A stretch of 64,000 bases of DNA from Eledone cirrhosa (taxonomy: Eukaryota). Location of the stretch: positions 145,204,001-145,268,000 of the forward strand of contig OZ024740.1 in the NCBI GenBank assembly GCA_964016885.1, in the 5' to 3' direction. Shown piece by piece: positions 40,290 to 53,713 of the stretch. Position numbers and translations under genes: made by a program. Position 1 is the first letter of the stretch. Each line of letters starts with the position of its first letter. The notes below the pieces were generated by a model. The model saw only the letters and a program-made list of their open reading frames with translations, was not told the origin of the DNA and ran no database searches.

Positions 40290-41093
40290 ATGTGTGCGTG
40301 TATGTATGTATATATATGTAGGTATATATATGTATATATATATATATATATATCATTTTTATATTCTTTTAATCTCCCCGCATCCTTAACAGCACTTTTC
40401 AACTGCATCTAACTCTTATTTATCATATCTATATGTATTAGTATAGTTTTATCAATATAAATATACCCATCAATTAAATTAATTTTATATCCTTTTCATA
40501 GATGTATTTTTTTCACTAACATCCTAACCTTAAGACTCTGGTCACCTTAGATATTTGTATTGGCATCACTATTTTATAACAGCAACTGCTTGTATACCTT
40601 CTACTGACCACCTGACCTAGTTTCACCCCTAAAATAAGTTTCAATTACTACTATTTTACCATTTGGCCTATTATTAATTTTCTATTGGTTAATTCTAAAC
40701 CTCTTACCAATCAGACAGAATTTATTTGGTCTTTGTTGGTTAATTTCAATTAACAAAATAAAATTATTTCTGAGGTCAACATATGACCTACTCCTTCCCT
40801 AAAGTAATCCATTATTATATTGGATCTTTGTTGGTTTTATTCAATGAACAAATAAAATTATTTCTGAGGTCAACATATGACCTACTTCTTCCCTAAAGTA
40901 ATCTTTCATTCATAATACTCTTTTCCATCCAAAACTGAAATCTACCTTCCTCTACCCATAATTTAACGTTCTTCTAATACTGTATCACTATCTTGACCCT
41001 CACTATCTCCTGATTGGTCAATTCAAAACCTATTCCCAAACAGACCTATTGTATTGAATCTTTGTTCTCATCAATAAACAAGTATCATTATTT

Positions 41094-41276
41094 GTAGATT
41101 GGCAGTATCGGTAGAGAGTCGGACGCCATGCTTTCCAGCATAGTTACGTCCTCCCTTTACAGTCTGAGTTCAAATCCCGCCGAGGTTAACTTTTCCTTTC
41201 ATCCTTACGGGGTCGATAAAATAAAGTACCAGTAATGTACTGGGTAATTGATGGCCTTGTGCCAAAAGTAGAAACA
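41094..41276 (+). mobile_element. SINE family A, 7-bp TSD ATTATTT
   Basis: Same 3' junction as the 34105 copy in the mirror arm but different 5' junction and about 10 internal differences. Confidence 0.9.
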
Positions 41277-41418
41277 ATTATTTCTGAAGACAGCATATAT
41301 ATATGTGAAGGTATGTATATTCCCTCTGATAGTTTGTATAAATATTGTACATAGATCTATAGAATATGCATACCAATTCTAACACATATATATCCTAGAA
41401 ACGATCGTAAAATAATGA
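41277..41418 (+). ncRNA. Type-I hammerhead with ~105-nt stem II (mirror 33965-34104, minus)
   Basis: (TC)ATTATTT-CTGAAGA-[ATATATATGTG/CACATATATAT; GGTATGTATATTC/GAATATGCATACC]-GAAA-CGATCG-TA^AAATAATGA. Confidence 0.8.
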
Positions 41419-41502
41419 ATTTTTTTTAATATAAGGAACTGTTTCTTTGTTTATTCATTATTTTTTTAATAATTTATATATATATATATATGTATATATA
41501 TA

Positions 41503-41698
41503 GTACGTTATTCCGGGTTGAATCGGAGGTAACCACAGTAAGTAAGGTTCTCAATACATTGCAGAGTATAAAAGTTTTAATATAGATGAGATTCTACAGG
41601 ACTAGAACTGTTTCATTCTTTAGAAATCATCAGATTCCTGATGATTTCTAAAGAATGAAACAGTTCTAGTCCTGTAGAATCTCATCTATATTAAAACT
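41503..41698. mobile_element. Solo PLE fold-back with hammerhead
   Basis: Perfect 61-bp inverted arms 41573-41633 / 41638-41698; minus arm ~70 nt longer; (TA)n flanks. Confidence 0.85.
41632..41682 (+). ncRNA. Complete type-I hammerhead ribozyme
   Basis: AGATTC-CTGATGA-TTTC-TAAA-GAAT-GAAA-CAG-TTCTAGTC-CTG-TA^GAATCT; 6-bp stem I, short stem II. Confidence 0.8.
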
Positions 41699-41765
41699 AT
41701 ATATATATATATATATACATATATATATACATATATATATGTATATATATATACATATATATATG

Positions 41766-41923
<158 letters not shown>

Positions 41924-41947
41924 TATATGTATATATATATATATGTG

Positions 41948-41992
<45 letters not shown>

Positions 41993-42014
41993 GCGCGCAC
42001 ATACACACACATAC

Positions 42015-42050
<36 letters not shown>

Positions 42051-42051
<1 letters not shown>

Positions 42052-42386
42052 TTTTGGAAAATGTGTGAGATCCTTGGTACAGTTAGGTATATTTGAAAAG
42101 AAGGAAATGAATGACTTCACTTGTAGTTCTAAATAATTTGATTTAATTTTATAATGTTATAATATTATGAGTTGGTAGATCTAGTAAGCTCTTTGTTAAC
42201 TTCGGTGGGAAGAATTTTAAAGATTCCTGGTTAACTTTCTTGGAGAACTTCCTTGCATTCGTTGGTGGCGATTGTCAAACTGAGATCAGGTTGTGTTGTG
42301 ATGTGTGACTCTATATATAATAGAGATTTGGATGTGTCTGAGGTGTGGGGTGTGGTGTTAATGAGTGTGGGAGTGAAGGGGTGTTG

Positions 42387-42471
<85 letters not shown>

Positions 42472-43130
42472 TTTGAATCCCTAAAACTCGAGAAGTACCC
42501 AACCGACTTTTTTCAAACATTACATGTGTATTACTTATGTTTCAGGGAGTGTTATGCACATAAAAAATTCAACTTTTTGATCCCCTAGTTGATCCCTTAG
42601 TTGAAAAACTGCGTTTTTTCAGGTTTTTAGGGTTTTTTTGAGTCGTTACGACAGACTTATTTCCTTGAAATTGTAACTATATATTAGTCAGTCTCTTCTT
42701 CATACCGTGAGCAAAGAAAATACAACTTTTTTATGGTCTAGGGCCCGCATTAGGTGAAAAACTTCATTTTTTCAGCTTTTTAGGGCTTTTTTGAGGCGTT
42801 ACGTCTAGCTGATTTTCCAGAAAATTTCAAGGCATATTATGCACAAAAAAAATTCATTTTCTTGATCCGCTAGAGCCCGCATTAGTTGAAAATCTGCATT
42901 TTTCCTGCTTCATCGAGGAAAATCTTAAAGATTATTCAGCTATCAGAGTATTCGGTTTATTTTCTTTACATATTATCCACGCATGCAGTTTTTCCACGAT
43001 TAGGTCTGTTGGCAGCCCGCGTTCCAAAATACCTTATCCCGTGCAACGCCGGGTACCACTGCTAGTAATATTATAAAATTAAATCAAATTATTTAGAACT
43101 ACAAGTGAAGTCATTCTTTTCCTTTTTTTT

Positions 43131-43138
<8 letters not shown>
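42051..43138. repeat. TA-flanked inverted pair (42088-42158 / 43067-43138) split by a Helitron
   Basis: ~70-bp inverted repeat containing GAATGACTTCACTTGTAGTTCTAAATAATTTGATTTAATTTTATAAT. Confidence 0.75.
42310..43065 (+). mobile_element. Non-autonomous Helitron
   Basis: TC start, hairpin CCCG-TGCAACGC-CGGG, CTAG|T end. Confidence 0.85.
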
Positions 43139-43214
<76 letters not shown>

Positions 43215-43232
43215 GTATATAGATATAGATAT

Positions 43233-43308
<76 letters not shown>

Positions 43309-43571
43309 GCACATGCACACATTCACATGTGTGTATCTGTATATATATATACCCATACATATATTTGTATGTGTATGATATGGCTTCTATTTATAAGGTA
43401 TTCTCTTTGTATTGTTATTTATTCTGTTTCCATTTAAGTTGTATTGGTGGGTATGAGAGACATTTCAATGCTTTGTATGGCATAATGCCAATAATGGGGC
43501 AAATACACTTGAGGCAACGTCATTGATTCATTACACACATAACACACTCGTGTATGTATGTATGTATCTAT

Positions 43572-43742
<171 letters not shown>

Positions 43743-44314
43743 TGAGTGGATGAGAGAAAGGGACAGCAAAGAAGAAACAAAGTTACTCTTGTAATACATT
43801 CTGCAAATTTTCTTGACAGCTTTGAGAGAAAGGTATTTTGAGATTATTTTCGGAATTACCTTCCCTCCTTTATACCCCAAATATCATAGACAGTATCTAG
43901 ACTAAAGTGGCATTAGCTTTGGTGAACTTATTTTGAATAAGATATGTATGTCTATTGCTGGATTTTCTCGGAGTTCCAGATAACTATGTTCTTTGCATGT
44001 TACGAGAGGAAAATATATAGAAATTATACCTACAATGTAGAACTCTACAACTATATTCCTAAGGTTTCAAAAGAATACACTTAATAACATCCACAATGAG
44101 GATATTAATTGCAAGACTACCATTTAATGTTTTTTTCTTGTTCACCTTTTCATTTTCCATTAATTAAATGTATGGACCCGTATCTCCTAATGGAATCGTA
44201 GAGGCATTTTTCAAACCTAGCGGAGCTAATCTCCACATTACCTGTGAATACAGTCGATTTCTTCTTGGGAAGAAGAGTGAATAGATATAGAGGAAATGAG
44301 AAATAGTTATAGAG

Positions 44315-44465
44315 CAAGAATCGACCCGAGTAACGAACTGGTACCTTTTAGCGACCTCGAAAGGATGAAAGTTGGCCTCGGTTGGCTTTAAACTCAGAGC
44401 GCAGTGCCGGGACGAACGCCGCACAATATTCTATCCGACGTTCTAACGACTCAGTTCACCGCCAT
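44315..44465 (-). mobile_element. SINE family A-related
   Basis: Reverse complement has CCGAGGCCAACTTTCATCCTTTCGAGGTCG core and tRNA-like head. Confidence 0.65.
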
Positions 44466-44625
44466 CATGCACTAAATATCATTTAACTATCATTTGAACT
44501 ATCATTTGAACTATCAATTGAACTATCATTTACTGCATTCACTTTTTTTAACCTATTTTCACAGATACCCATCAAATTTCATAAGTGGATGATCTTAAAT
44601 TTAAAATAAGATATCTGGCATGTGA

Positions 44626-44657
<32 letters not shown>

Positions 44658-45059
44658 CATAAATATTTTTAATACTCACTTTTATAATTAGATTATTCGC
44701 TATATGATTAGAATATATTTTGTTTGAAAATTAGCTCATTTATTTCTTACTGTTTTTTTAAATAATTTATTTAATATCAATACTTATATTTATTATATAG
44801 AGAAATTATATACAAATATAACAACAGAAATCAGAAATAGGATTTTGAAGTTTAAATAGAAAAATAAGGATATACGATGTATTCTAACATTGCTGTTCTA
44901 CAAATTTGATTGCATAGCAATCCCTGTTACTAATTAGAATATATTCAGAAAAATATGTTGCCTTTTTATTAGACGTTTTTATGGTTGTTTTGGCTTGTGA
45001 TACAAAATTACCTTTGATCTGATTTTAATTCTTCGGATTTAACATTTTGCTGTCAACAT

Positions 45060-45420
45060 GACGTTCTTAGATAACCGCCAGTGCGTATGTTGCACTCACA
45101 AATAGGTTCAGTCACGGTAACATCTTCGTTTTGGACAGCTTCATTTCTCCGAGGAAGAAGGATGGTGACATACGCCCTATTGCTGTAGGCAATGTCTTCT
45201 GAAGATTGACTGCCAAGATCATTTGTAAGCCTGTCACCTCTGAACTCGTCGAGGAACTGAGCCCGGTGCAATTTGGAGTCAGTGAAGCTGGTGAATGTAA
45301 GAAGACCGCCGAAGCCACTAAGCAGTTTATCAATGACTGTCCACACGAGCCGGTATCGTCAAGCTCGATATGAGAAAAGCTGTCTTCTCGAAGTTTGCCT
45401 CAAACGTGCTCAGTCCGTCT
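45060..45420 (+). mobile_element. CRE-like RT fragment
   Basis: KKDGDIRPIAVGNVF*RLTAK..LSPVQFGV. Confidence 0.75.
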
Positions 45421-45518
45421 ACCCATTGGTCTACTTGTTATCTTTTCTTTGGTTATATTTCAAACATCTGCTTAATAATTAAAACAGTAGGTATTTTAGT
45501 AATTCCCCTCAAATTCTT

Positions 45519-45665
45519 CAGGTGGCAAATTGGCAGAGTCATTAGAAGGTCGGATAGAATGTTTGCGGTATTCGTTAGGGCTCTGCGTTTAAAACTCGCC
45601 GAACTCAACTTTGCCTTTCATTTGAGGTGGATAAAAAAATGTACTAGTTCAGTTCTGGGGGTCTA
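45519..45665 (+). mobile_element. SINE family A-related
   Basis: GGTGGCAAATTGGCAGAGTC head, ACTTTGCCTTTCAT core. Confidence 0.65.
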
Positions 45666-45758
45666 TTCTTTCTCTATATCTCATTCTCATTTCCTCTTTA
45701 TCACACACGCACACGCATACACACACGGACATAAGCACACACACACACACTCGCACAC

Positions 45759-45825
<67 letters not shown>

Positions 45826-46086
45826 CTCCCTCTCTCTTTCAGCTCAAGAGAAGATATGGGCTCAGCCAGGTTTAAAATGCCCAAGACACGCTGTATGTCA
45901 CAACAGCACCCTTACTATTCCATCAGGAATTACGGGTCCACACATACTATAAATTTTCCAGTGTTTTAAACATTTATTGGAACACACCGAGAATGTATTT
46001 CAATTGAACAATGGTAATGAAATGTTTAATTGAGGAGCAGTTTTTTCTTTTGTCTACTGCGGATCTGTTCTCAAGATTTATCTACC

Positions 46087-46641
46087 AGTCTTCTTCTTCT
46101 TCTTCTTCTTCTTCTTCTTCTTCTTCTTCTTCTTCTTCTTCTTCTTCCTGAGAGGGTCAAGGGGGAGAGTCCTTAAACACTCCTTCCAGCAGGTCCTGTC
46201 AGAAGCAACCATCTCCAACTGATCCGGCTGGATTCCCAAGTGAGACCAGCCAAGCTCATGGATGTTATCCAACCAGCTTGCTCGAGGTTTACCCCTGGGT
46301 CTCCTGCCGGTTGGTTTTGCCTGTAAAATCTGTCCAGCGATCCTTTCCTGAGACATTCTAACCACATGTTTATAGTAGCGGAGCTATGATCTCTTAATTC
46401 AAAGGAGTTAAAGTTCTACCCGGAGTGACTCTCTGATCGCCGAGCTACGCACTCTATCGAATAACGTTACTCCAAAGACCCTTCGGAGGAACCCCATATC
46501 GGCCGCTTGTATTCGGAATCGTATTCTTTCGGTCATTACCCAATATTCATGACCATATGTAAGGGTTGGAAAGAATACTGAATTGAAGATAGCGAGTTTG
46601 GCTTTTACGCCTACCTCCCTTCTTCTGATTACTGAATGCAA
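46087..46641 (-). mobile_element. RTE LINE 3' fragment with long (GAA)n tail
   Basis: KLAIFNSVFFPTLTYGHE..GRRPRGKPR..W; (TTC)n at ~46088-46147. Confidence 0.85.
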
Positions 46642-47062
46642 TGGACTTTCTATAGGTCCAATCCCTTTCTATGACACATGAATTTTAAAAGTACTAGAAA
46701 TGTGATATACGTAGAAAAAATATTCCAGAAATATATTGCTGTATCTGTTCATTTATGAGAATATAGTTTATATTTTATACTTAGTATTGTGTTATATTGT
46801 TTTACTATATTCCAAAAGAATATAAAAATAGCCTACGGTCACCACCCCCATTTCTTGAAGATGACTACATTCTTTGTAGCCAATACTTTACAAGCTCCAA
46901 GCTTTCACCAGCTATACTTAGCTTACCACCAAAAGGTTTCTACAGGGATTATCTGCTGGGTTTGATAAATTATTTTTTCTGGGTAAATAAACTATTTTGT
47001 TATTATAAATGCGACTTATGAATTTATGGTCGTGTGTCCGCGCGCGCGCGCGCGCGTGCGCG

Positions 47063-47140
<78 letters not shown>

Positions 47141-48725
47141 AGTGTGTATGTCTATGTATGTATAAGTGTGTATGTAACTGTGTGTGTGAGCGTGTGTGTA
47201 TGTATACAAATGTGCGTGTGAGTGTGCGCGCGCTAGTGTGTATGTGAGCGTGTCTCTTTGTGTATGTGTGCGTGTGTGTAAGTGTATGAGTGTGTGTGTG
47301 TATGAATGAGAGTGTGTGAATGAGTATGAGTGTGTGCGTGCGTGTAAGTGTATGAGTGTGTGTGTGTGAATGAGAGTGTGTGAATGAGTATGAGTGTGTG
47401 TGTGTGTGTAAGTATATGCTTAACTATGTGTCGAATGTGTGTATGTTTATCTGTGTACGTGAATGTTTGAGTGTGTGTGTGAGAGTGAATGTTTGTATGT
47501 GAGTAAGTGCATGTGTGTGTGTGACTGTGTCTATCTGTGTGTCTGTGTGTGTGTGTTTGAGATGTAATTCTTTTGGGTTTATTTGAACAAGACGTCATAC
47601 CATATGTCAACAAATCACTTTGGTGTAACACAAAGTGATTATATCGGATTTAGAATAACATGTTCAGTTAAACTGTATGTCGTTCGTTTGCTGTAAACTT
47701 CTGCAATCATTGAGAGAGTTCTAATTTTTAATAGTTTTGAATATGAGGGGATGCGCACGTAATATTAAATATTCTCGCTTGTACGCATATTCACGCGCGC
47801 ACACATATATATATATACACAGACATATTAAACGGTATACATGTCACATGTTATTTTTAATTCACTTCCAATTTTTTGCTATGTCTAGAGGAAGGGACTG
47901 TGCCTTTGACCTTTGCAAATCCCCCTTTGCAGGATGTTGATGTTCAGTTAAAATTGTCGAAAGAACAGGGAACAAATTTCACAGAGACGACATTCTAGGG
48001 AGAAAGGGCAGCGTTGTAGTTAATGCGGGATAGGGGACAATATGACTGATGAAAGGAAACAACTGAGGCGGGAGCGCCTGACTGAAGGTGACACGAAGTC
48101 AGTTAGCTCCGAGAAGCAGATGACATTGTTGCAGCGGTAGAAATGTAGACTAAAAGCTGGAGCGTCCCTATCAGTGATATATGCCAATCAGACGAATGCC
48201 CCTTTTCTGGATGTCGTCGAGGATGTATGAGTGTGTAGCAACAGTGCCGTACTAAATGAGGTAGCACTACTCCATGGTGAGACATACATGAACATTGTAG
48301 AGGGTAGTTAGTTGTTGAGGAATGAAATAAATATTGCATTCTGGTCTGTTAGATGCAATTCTAGCTATGTTATGAGTGTGCTTTCGCTATGAGATATCCT
48401 CAGTGATAATAAGGCCTCGCATTTAGAACGAACGTAAGGGCTTTTCTAATTGCGTCTTGTTCATGTTTAAAGATGGTGAGACACAACGCAGTTTTAGTAT
48501 CAACAAAGCTAATGAACTATAACAATAAACTATAATGAACTATAACAATAAATATGAATCAGATCTTTCACTGATTTGGTTTAGTCATATCGGCGCAACA
48601 TCTTAAAGAGTTACGGTGATCATACCGATACCTGTACTTATATTAATATATTATTTATTTTCGAACTACTGCATTATTGATGAACTACTTCGTTAGGGGA
48701 CAAAAACAAGAACGCACACACGCAC

Positions 48726-48815
<90 letters not shown>

Positions 48816-48889
48816 GCAGAATATAAATGTGTTTTAAATTATAAATTTAGGCAGAATTGCAATTATCATTTTGCACAAAATTGCCCACA

Positions 48890-50560
48890 ACAGACGAGGA
48901 GTGTGAGGGGGGCCGCACATGCAGCTAGGACTGGGGTCAAACAGGGTGATCCTTTGGGCCCCTTCCTCTTTGCTCTCAGTATAGACTACATTGCTCGGAA
49001 CATCACGAGCTCTTTCAACGTTTGGTACCTGGATGATGCCACGTTGGTCGGGCTCGCGGGTACTGTCTGCCACGACCTGCAATCGATTGTTCCTGCTCTG
49101 GCGAGAATCGGCCTCGATGTCAACTTGTCCAAGTTAGAGGTGGTGAATGCCAACTACGATGCAAAGAGCTTTGCAGCATCCGTCTCGGACGTGCGATCCA
49201 TTCTGCACCAGGTACAAGTGACCCCGAAAGAGGATGTCCTTATTCTCGGGTCGCCGATCCTCCCGTCGGCTATCCGCTCCTCCATCAGGTCCATGTTTCA
49301 GCAGCTCACGACTCTTACGAGTAGACTGGGCATGATTGACGTCTATCGTGTCTCTTCCTGTTGAGGATCTGCTCCGCCATGCCGAAGCTCCTCTACACAC
49401 TACGTAGCGTTCCTTGCTACAGTAACGCATCTCTCCTCGCTGACCTCGACACCTGTATTCGAGCAGCAGCTAAGGAGATATGCAACGTCAGGTTTGACGA
49501 CCTTGAATGGCAACAGGCCACCTTACCTGTTATAAATGGTGGCCTTGGTCTCCGATCTCCGGTCTCGTGGGCTTTGCCGGCGTTCCTTTCGTCGGTAAGC
49601 TCTTACCGTGTTCTCATCAACAGGATTCTCCAAAACACAATGAAACTCACTATGATCGAGGAACGTGAGGCCGCACGCGAAACTTGGAACCGGCTAGACT
49701 CCACCCAGTAGACGCCTCTTCTCCTCTTTCCCCATTCACGTCAAATCCCCCTAGAGCATATGGGATGCCACCCAGTGCACCATGACCTCGGACAGGCTAG
49801 CGTGCCAGCTCGACCAGCACCGTCTCGCATGTTTTCTCTCCGCCTCGCAACACCACAGCGGTGCCTGGCTCAATGCCTTACCCTACTTTTCAACTGGCGC
49901 GCAGCTGGATAATGATAGCCGGTGAATCGGGGTTTACCTGAGGATCGGCCTCTGGATATGCGAGCCACACAAATGCCGCTGCGGATCCACCGTAGACTCT
50001 TTCGGCCTCCACATGCTGTCTCGCCGCTACTGTCAACGAGGTCATCAACGAGGTCATCATGCTACTCTCATCGAGGTCACCAAGCATGGCTTTGATACTG
50101 CAGACGTCCCTTCCCAGCTCGAGTCGGCGAGGCTGGACCGAGAGGACGGCTAAAGGCAAGACGGCATGACCATATTCCCGTTCCGCGGTGATAAACCTCT
50201 CATCTGGGATGCCACATACAACGACACATTCTCCAGCGGCAAGTCTGTACATTCTGCGACTAACCCAGGCTCTTCAGCACTCCAGGCCTAGGAGGGTAAA
50301 CTCTCCAAATATCGGTCGCTCTCCGACAGTTTTGCGGTCGAGCTCGTAGCAGTGGAGACTTCTGGTGTCCTTGGCCCTAGGACTACCTCCCTATTCACCA
50401 CAATCGACACAAATTGACTATCCGCAAGTGGGAGCTTCGCGAGCTGAACTAGCTCTTTCAGCGCGTCTCACTCACCATCCTTCGGGGAAACACCTTCTTT
50501 ATTCTGTCCGCCGGGGCCGCGGAGCGGCTAGCGCGTGGATCCCCATTTGCTCACAATAGT
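48890..50560 (+). mobile_element. CRE-like non-LTR retrotransposon, decayed RT + RLE
   Basis: GVKQGDPLGPFLF, WYLDD, QATLP..GGLGL, SGAWLNALP, LIWDAT, AVETSG. Confidence 0.85.
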
Positions 50561-51469
50561 GAGAGATGGGGAGAACTGGAGAGACGGAGGCAAAGACAGT
50601 GGGAGTTTGGTCCTATTGTGTTCAGACCTAGTGTATATATGTGTATAGAATGAGTCTAAATTCTGTTTCCTGTAAATGGAATTATACTTTGCTTCCATAA
50701 ATTCTAATTTACAACGGCTTAAAATGTCCCCCAGTTATAAACGGCTTATGATTCAATTTCTGTCGTAAAGATAAAATTGTGTTGTTCGCTGGAGTCATTT
50801 CCCTTGCACAGATATAAAATATCATTCTTAATCGTTCTTAATTCAAAAGTTTGTTAACATTTTACGCATTCCTGCTTCTATCCATTGAAGCCAACACTAT
50901 CTATTGATGCCAACACTCCGAAATCGCCCAAGGTTCTTTGATACGAAACTGTTTATTTAATTTTTTTTTCATATTTATCTAGAAACCTTCCATCACAATT
51001 CTGAGTAAAAACTTTTGTTAAGTTATTTCTAAATACCAACTTATTAATGATGTTATCCAACCATCATGCTTGGGATCGTACCCGTAAAATCTGTTCAGCG
51101 TTTTTTCTTTCTTACACATTCTAATTACATGTACGTAGTATCAATTCGGAGAAAATCAGCTCAACCCGAAACGACTCCCTGATCTCCGAGCTACGCACCC
51201 TATCGAGTAACGTTACTCCAAAGACTCTTCGGAGGGTCCCTATTAGCTAAGGGTACGCACAAACACCAAATTTCTTTATATTTATTTATTTCATATTACA
51301 ATTTGTGAAAAGTAGTGTCGTTTGTTATAGATTTCCAATGAGTACATCACTTACACACTGCTTTCCTATCGGCGAGAGTGAAAATGGAATGTTATTAGTT
51401 TTTCCGTTTATCATCGATATTTATATTTTCTGCTGATATACGTCTGCTAAAAACACACTCACATACATA

Positions 51470-51925
51470 CATGCAGAACTGATGAGAAATCTGCAGATAC
51501 TCCACCTTGATTACACCTTCAGATTTATGCCTGTGATTATTGGGGCACTGGGGTATATTAGTAACTGCCTCAATACAAATCTTGAGAAGCTGGGCTTCAC
51601 AGGAACAGAAAGAACACAACTAGTTAGGAAATTACAAGTACAATCCATTAATGGAACAGTAAAAATATGTAAAACATTCCAAAAATGTTGCATCTAATAA
51701 CTGCATATACACATGTACAGATACAAAGCATATACACATGCACACATACAACTCAAAACATCCACATCCACACATACAATAACATCCATATCTACACATG
51801 CATGCATACATACATATCTACCTAGTTGATGTGTAAATTCCAATGAGAGAGTCTTGTGTCTATGTTAGATACCGACTCTCTCTCTATTGGTAAAAATTTG
51901 TGAAATTATAAAACCAGAATAACAT
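51470..51925 (+). mobile_element. RLE-type (R4-like) non-LTR 3' end
   Basis: FMPVIIGALG..LEKLGF..LQVQSINGTVKI; 3' hairpin; (TACA)n tail. Confidence 0.6.
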
Positions 51926-51954
51926 ACATACATACATATATACATATATACATG

Positions 51955-53160
51955 TTGTTCATCCTTCGGAATCGATGATGTTGGCACGAGTATCTTTGAT
52001 TGTGAGTTCAGAGGTGGCTGAGAAGGTCAATCTCGGCCTGGAAACCACGCCCAAACGTGGAGAACATGTAGGTAGGTACTGCAGGAGATTGGATGTGGCT
52101 CGCTCCTTGCACGCAGGACGTTTCCTCTTGGCCTCTGCAAATGCGTCTGTTTTCCGTTCTACTGCACATGCTCCCACAAAGATTTTGCTTCGAAAGTTTG
52201 AGTAAGTGATTCCCTGTTACTGAGATTGATGCCAGGATTTTTGAGGGACGCTTTAAAACGTTTTGAAATGGTTGAGCTGTTTAGACAGTTCAGGTTTCGC
52301 AGGCATAGAGGACAGTGGAGAGCATCACTGTCCAGCAGACTTTAAGCTGTTAGTTAGGCTGAGTTTTTTTCGCTCTCAAACATTCTCGCGGAGTCTCCCA
52401 AAGGCGGCACTGGCTTTGATAATTCTATTGCTAACTTCTGTATTTATATTTGCCGTTCGCAAGAGGATGCTTCCCAGATAGAAGAAACTATTGGCAGCTT
52501 ATATCTTCTGTCACTTGAATGTCATGTGTGGTTCGTGGTAGAGTTTTCTATGTGCAAGCAAGTATATAACAGTTTTGTTGGTATTGATCTTGAGTCCAAG
52601 GTTATCACAGGCCTGTGAGAACCTACCTATTTGTTGCTACATCTTATGCTGAATACCAGCATTGCGGGTACCATCATCAGCGAATAAGAAGTCTCTGATG
52701 ACGGCTTCCTTTACCTTTGTGAGAGCCTGCAGACGCCGGAAGTTAATTAATCCACCATCAGTCGTGTATCAGATATGTATGCCTTCCTGGCAATCGTGCA
52801 AAGCATCATGCAATATAGCATAAAAGACAATGTTGAAAAGTGTAGGGACGAGAATGCAACTCTGCTTCACACCGTTAATCACTGCGAAGGCTTCTGACTC
52901 GGCACCATCAACTAAAACTTTCACCGTCATACCCTCATTGAACTACCGAACCACCGTGAGGAACCTGCTATGGTAGCCAAACATTTCCATTATTTTCCAT
53001 AAGCCATCTTTGATGAGAATATCAAATGTCTTGGTAAAATTGATAAACGTCATAAATGGGTCACTGTGCAGCTCCTGGCATTTTTCCTGGAGTTGACATG
53101 CAGCATGGAAGCAACACTGGCTTTTTGGGAGGAGACCTTGCTCAAAGTGTTGGAGAAGGT
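51955..53160 (-). mobile_element. RTE/BovB-like LINE fragment
   Basis: GVKQSCILVPTLFNIVF, YTTDGGLINFRRLQALTKV..FLFADD in minus frames. Confidence 0.8.
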
Positions 53161-53261
53161 GATGTTTATTGCCTTTATTGAAAATGTGTTGCTTCTTAAT
53201 TTAAATTACATTAAATCAGAAACGTACGATTAAATAGCCCAATCTGAAAGGAGTTGTAATG

Positions 53262-53713
53262 TATAAATTGATAGCGATGAATTTGTTTTGCAAGGTTTTT
53301 GAAACAGATATTGTTATATTTGGGGAGGGTCATGTTGTTATAATATTGTCAGAAGAATATAGTAAAACACACTCATTGTTTAGTTTGGGTTGGTTTTCAC
53401 TTCAGTATATAATTTAAAAAACTATTTTTATAATTAATTCAGCTGGCAATCAATGTCTATCATTGATTGGCAGCTGAATTAATTATAAATATATTTTACA
53501 CTGAAGCGAAAACCAACCCAAACCAAACAATGAATGTGTTTTACTATATTTTTCTGGCAATGACCGCCGAGGTTAACTTTGCCTTTCGGGGTCGATAAAA
53601 TAAAGTACCAGTTGATAAAATAAAGTACCAGTAATGCTCTGATAATTGCTGGCCTTGTGCCAAAAGTAGAAACAATATTATGACAACATGTGCCTCCCCA
53701 AAGATAACAATAT
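53262..53713. mobile_element. Fold-back of a pLTR related to the 24541 PLE, with SINE A (~53563-53677) in the right arm
   Basis: Left arm reverse complement ATGACCCTCCCCAAATATAACAATATCTGTTTC equals the 24541 ORF start; centre GCAATCAATG-TCTAT-CATTGATTGG. Confidence 0.8.

Noticed and set aside
43790-44235. Exon-like minus-strand segments (also 46800-46960, 50870-50950, 53900-54050)
   Set aside because: Frames close quickly and could not be joined in a consistent phase.
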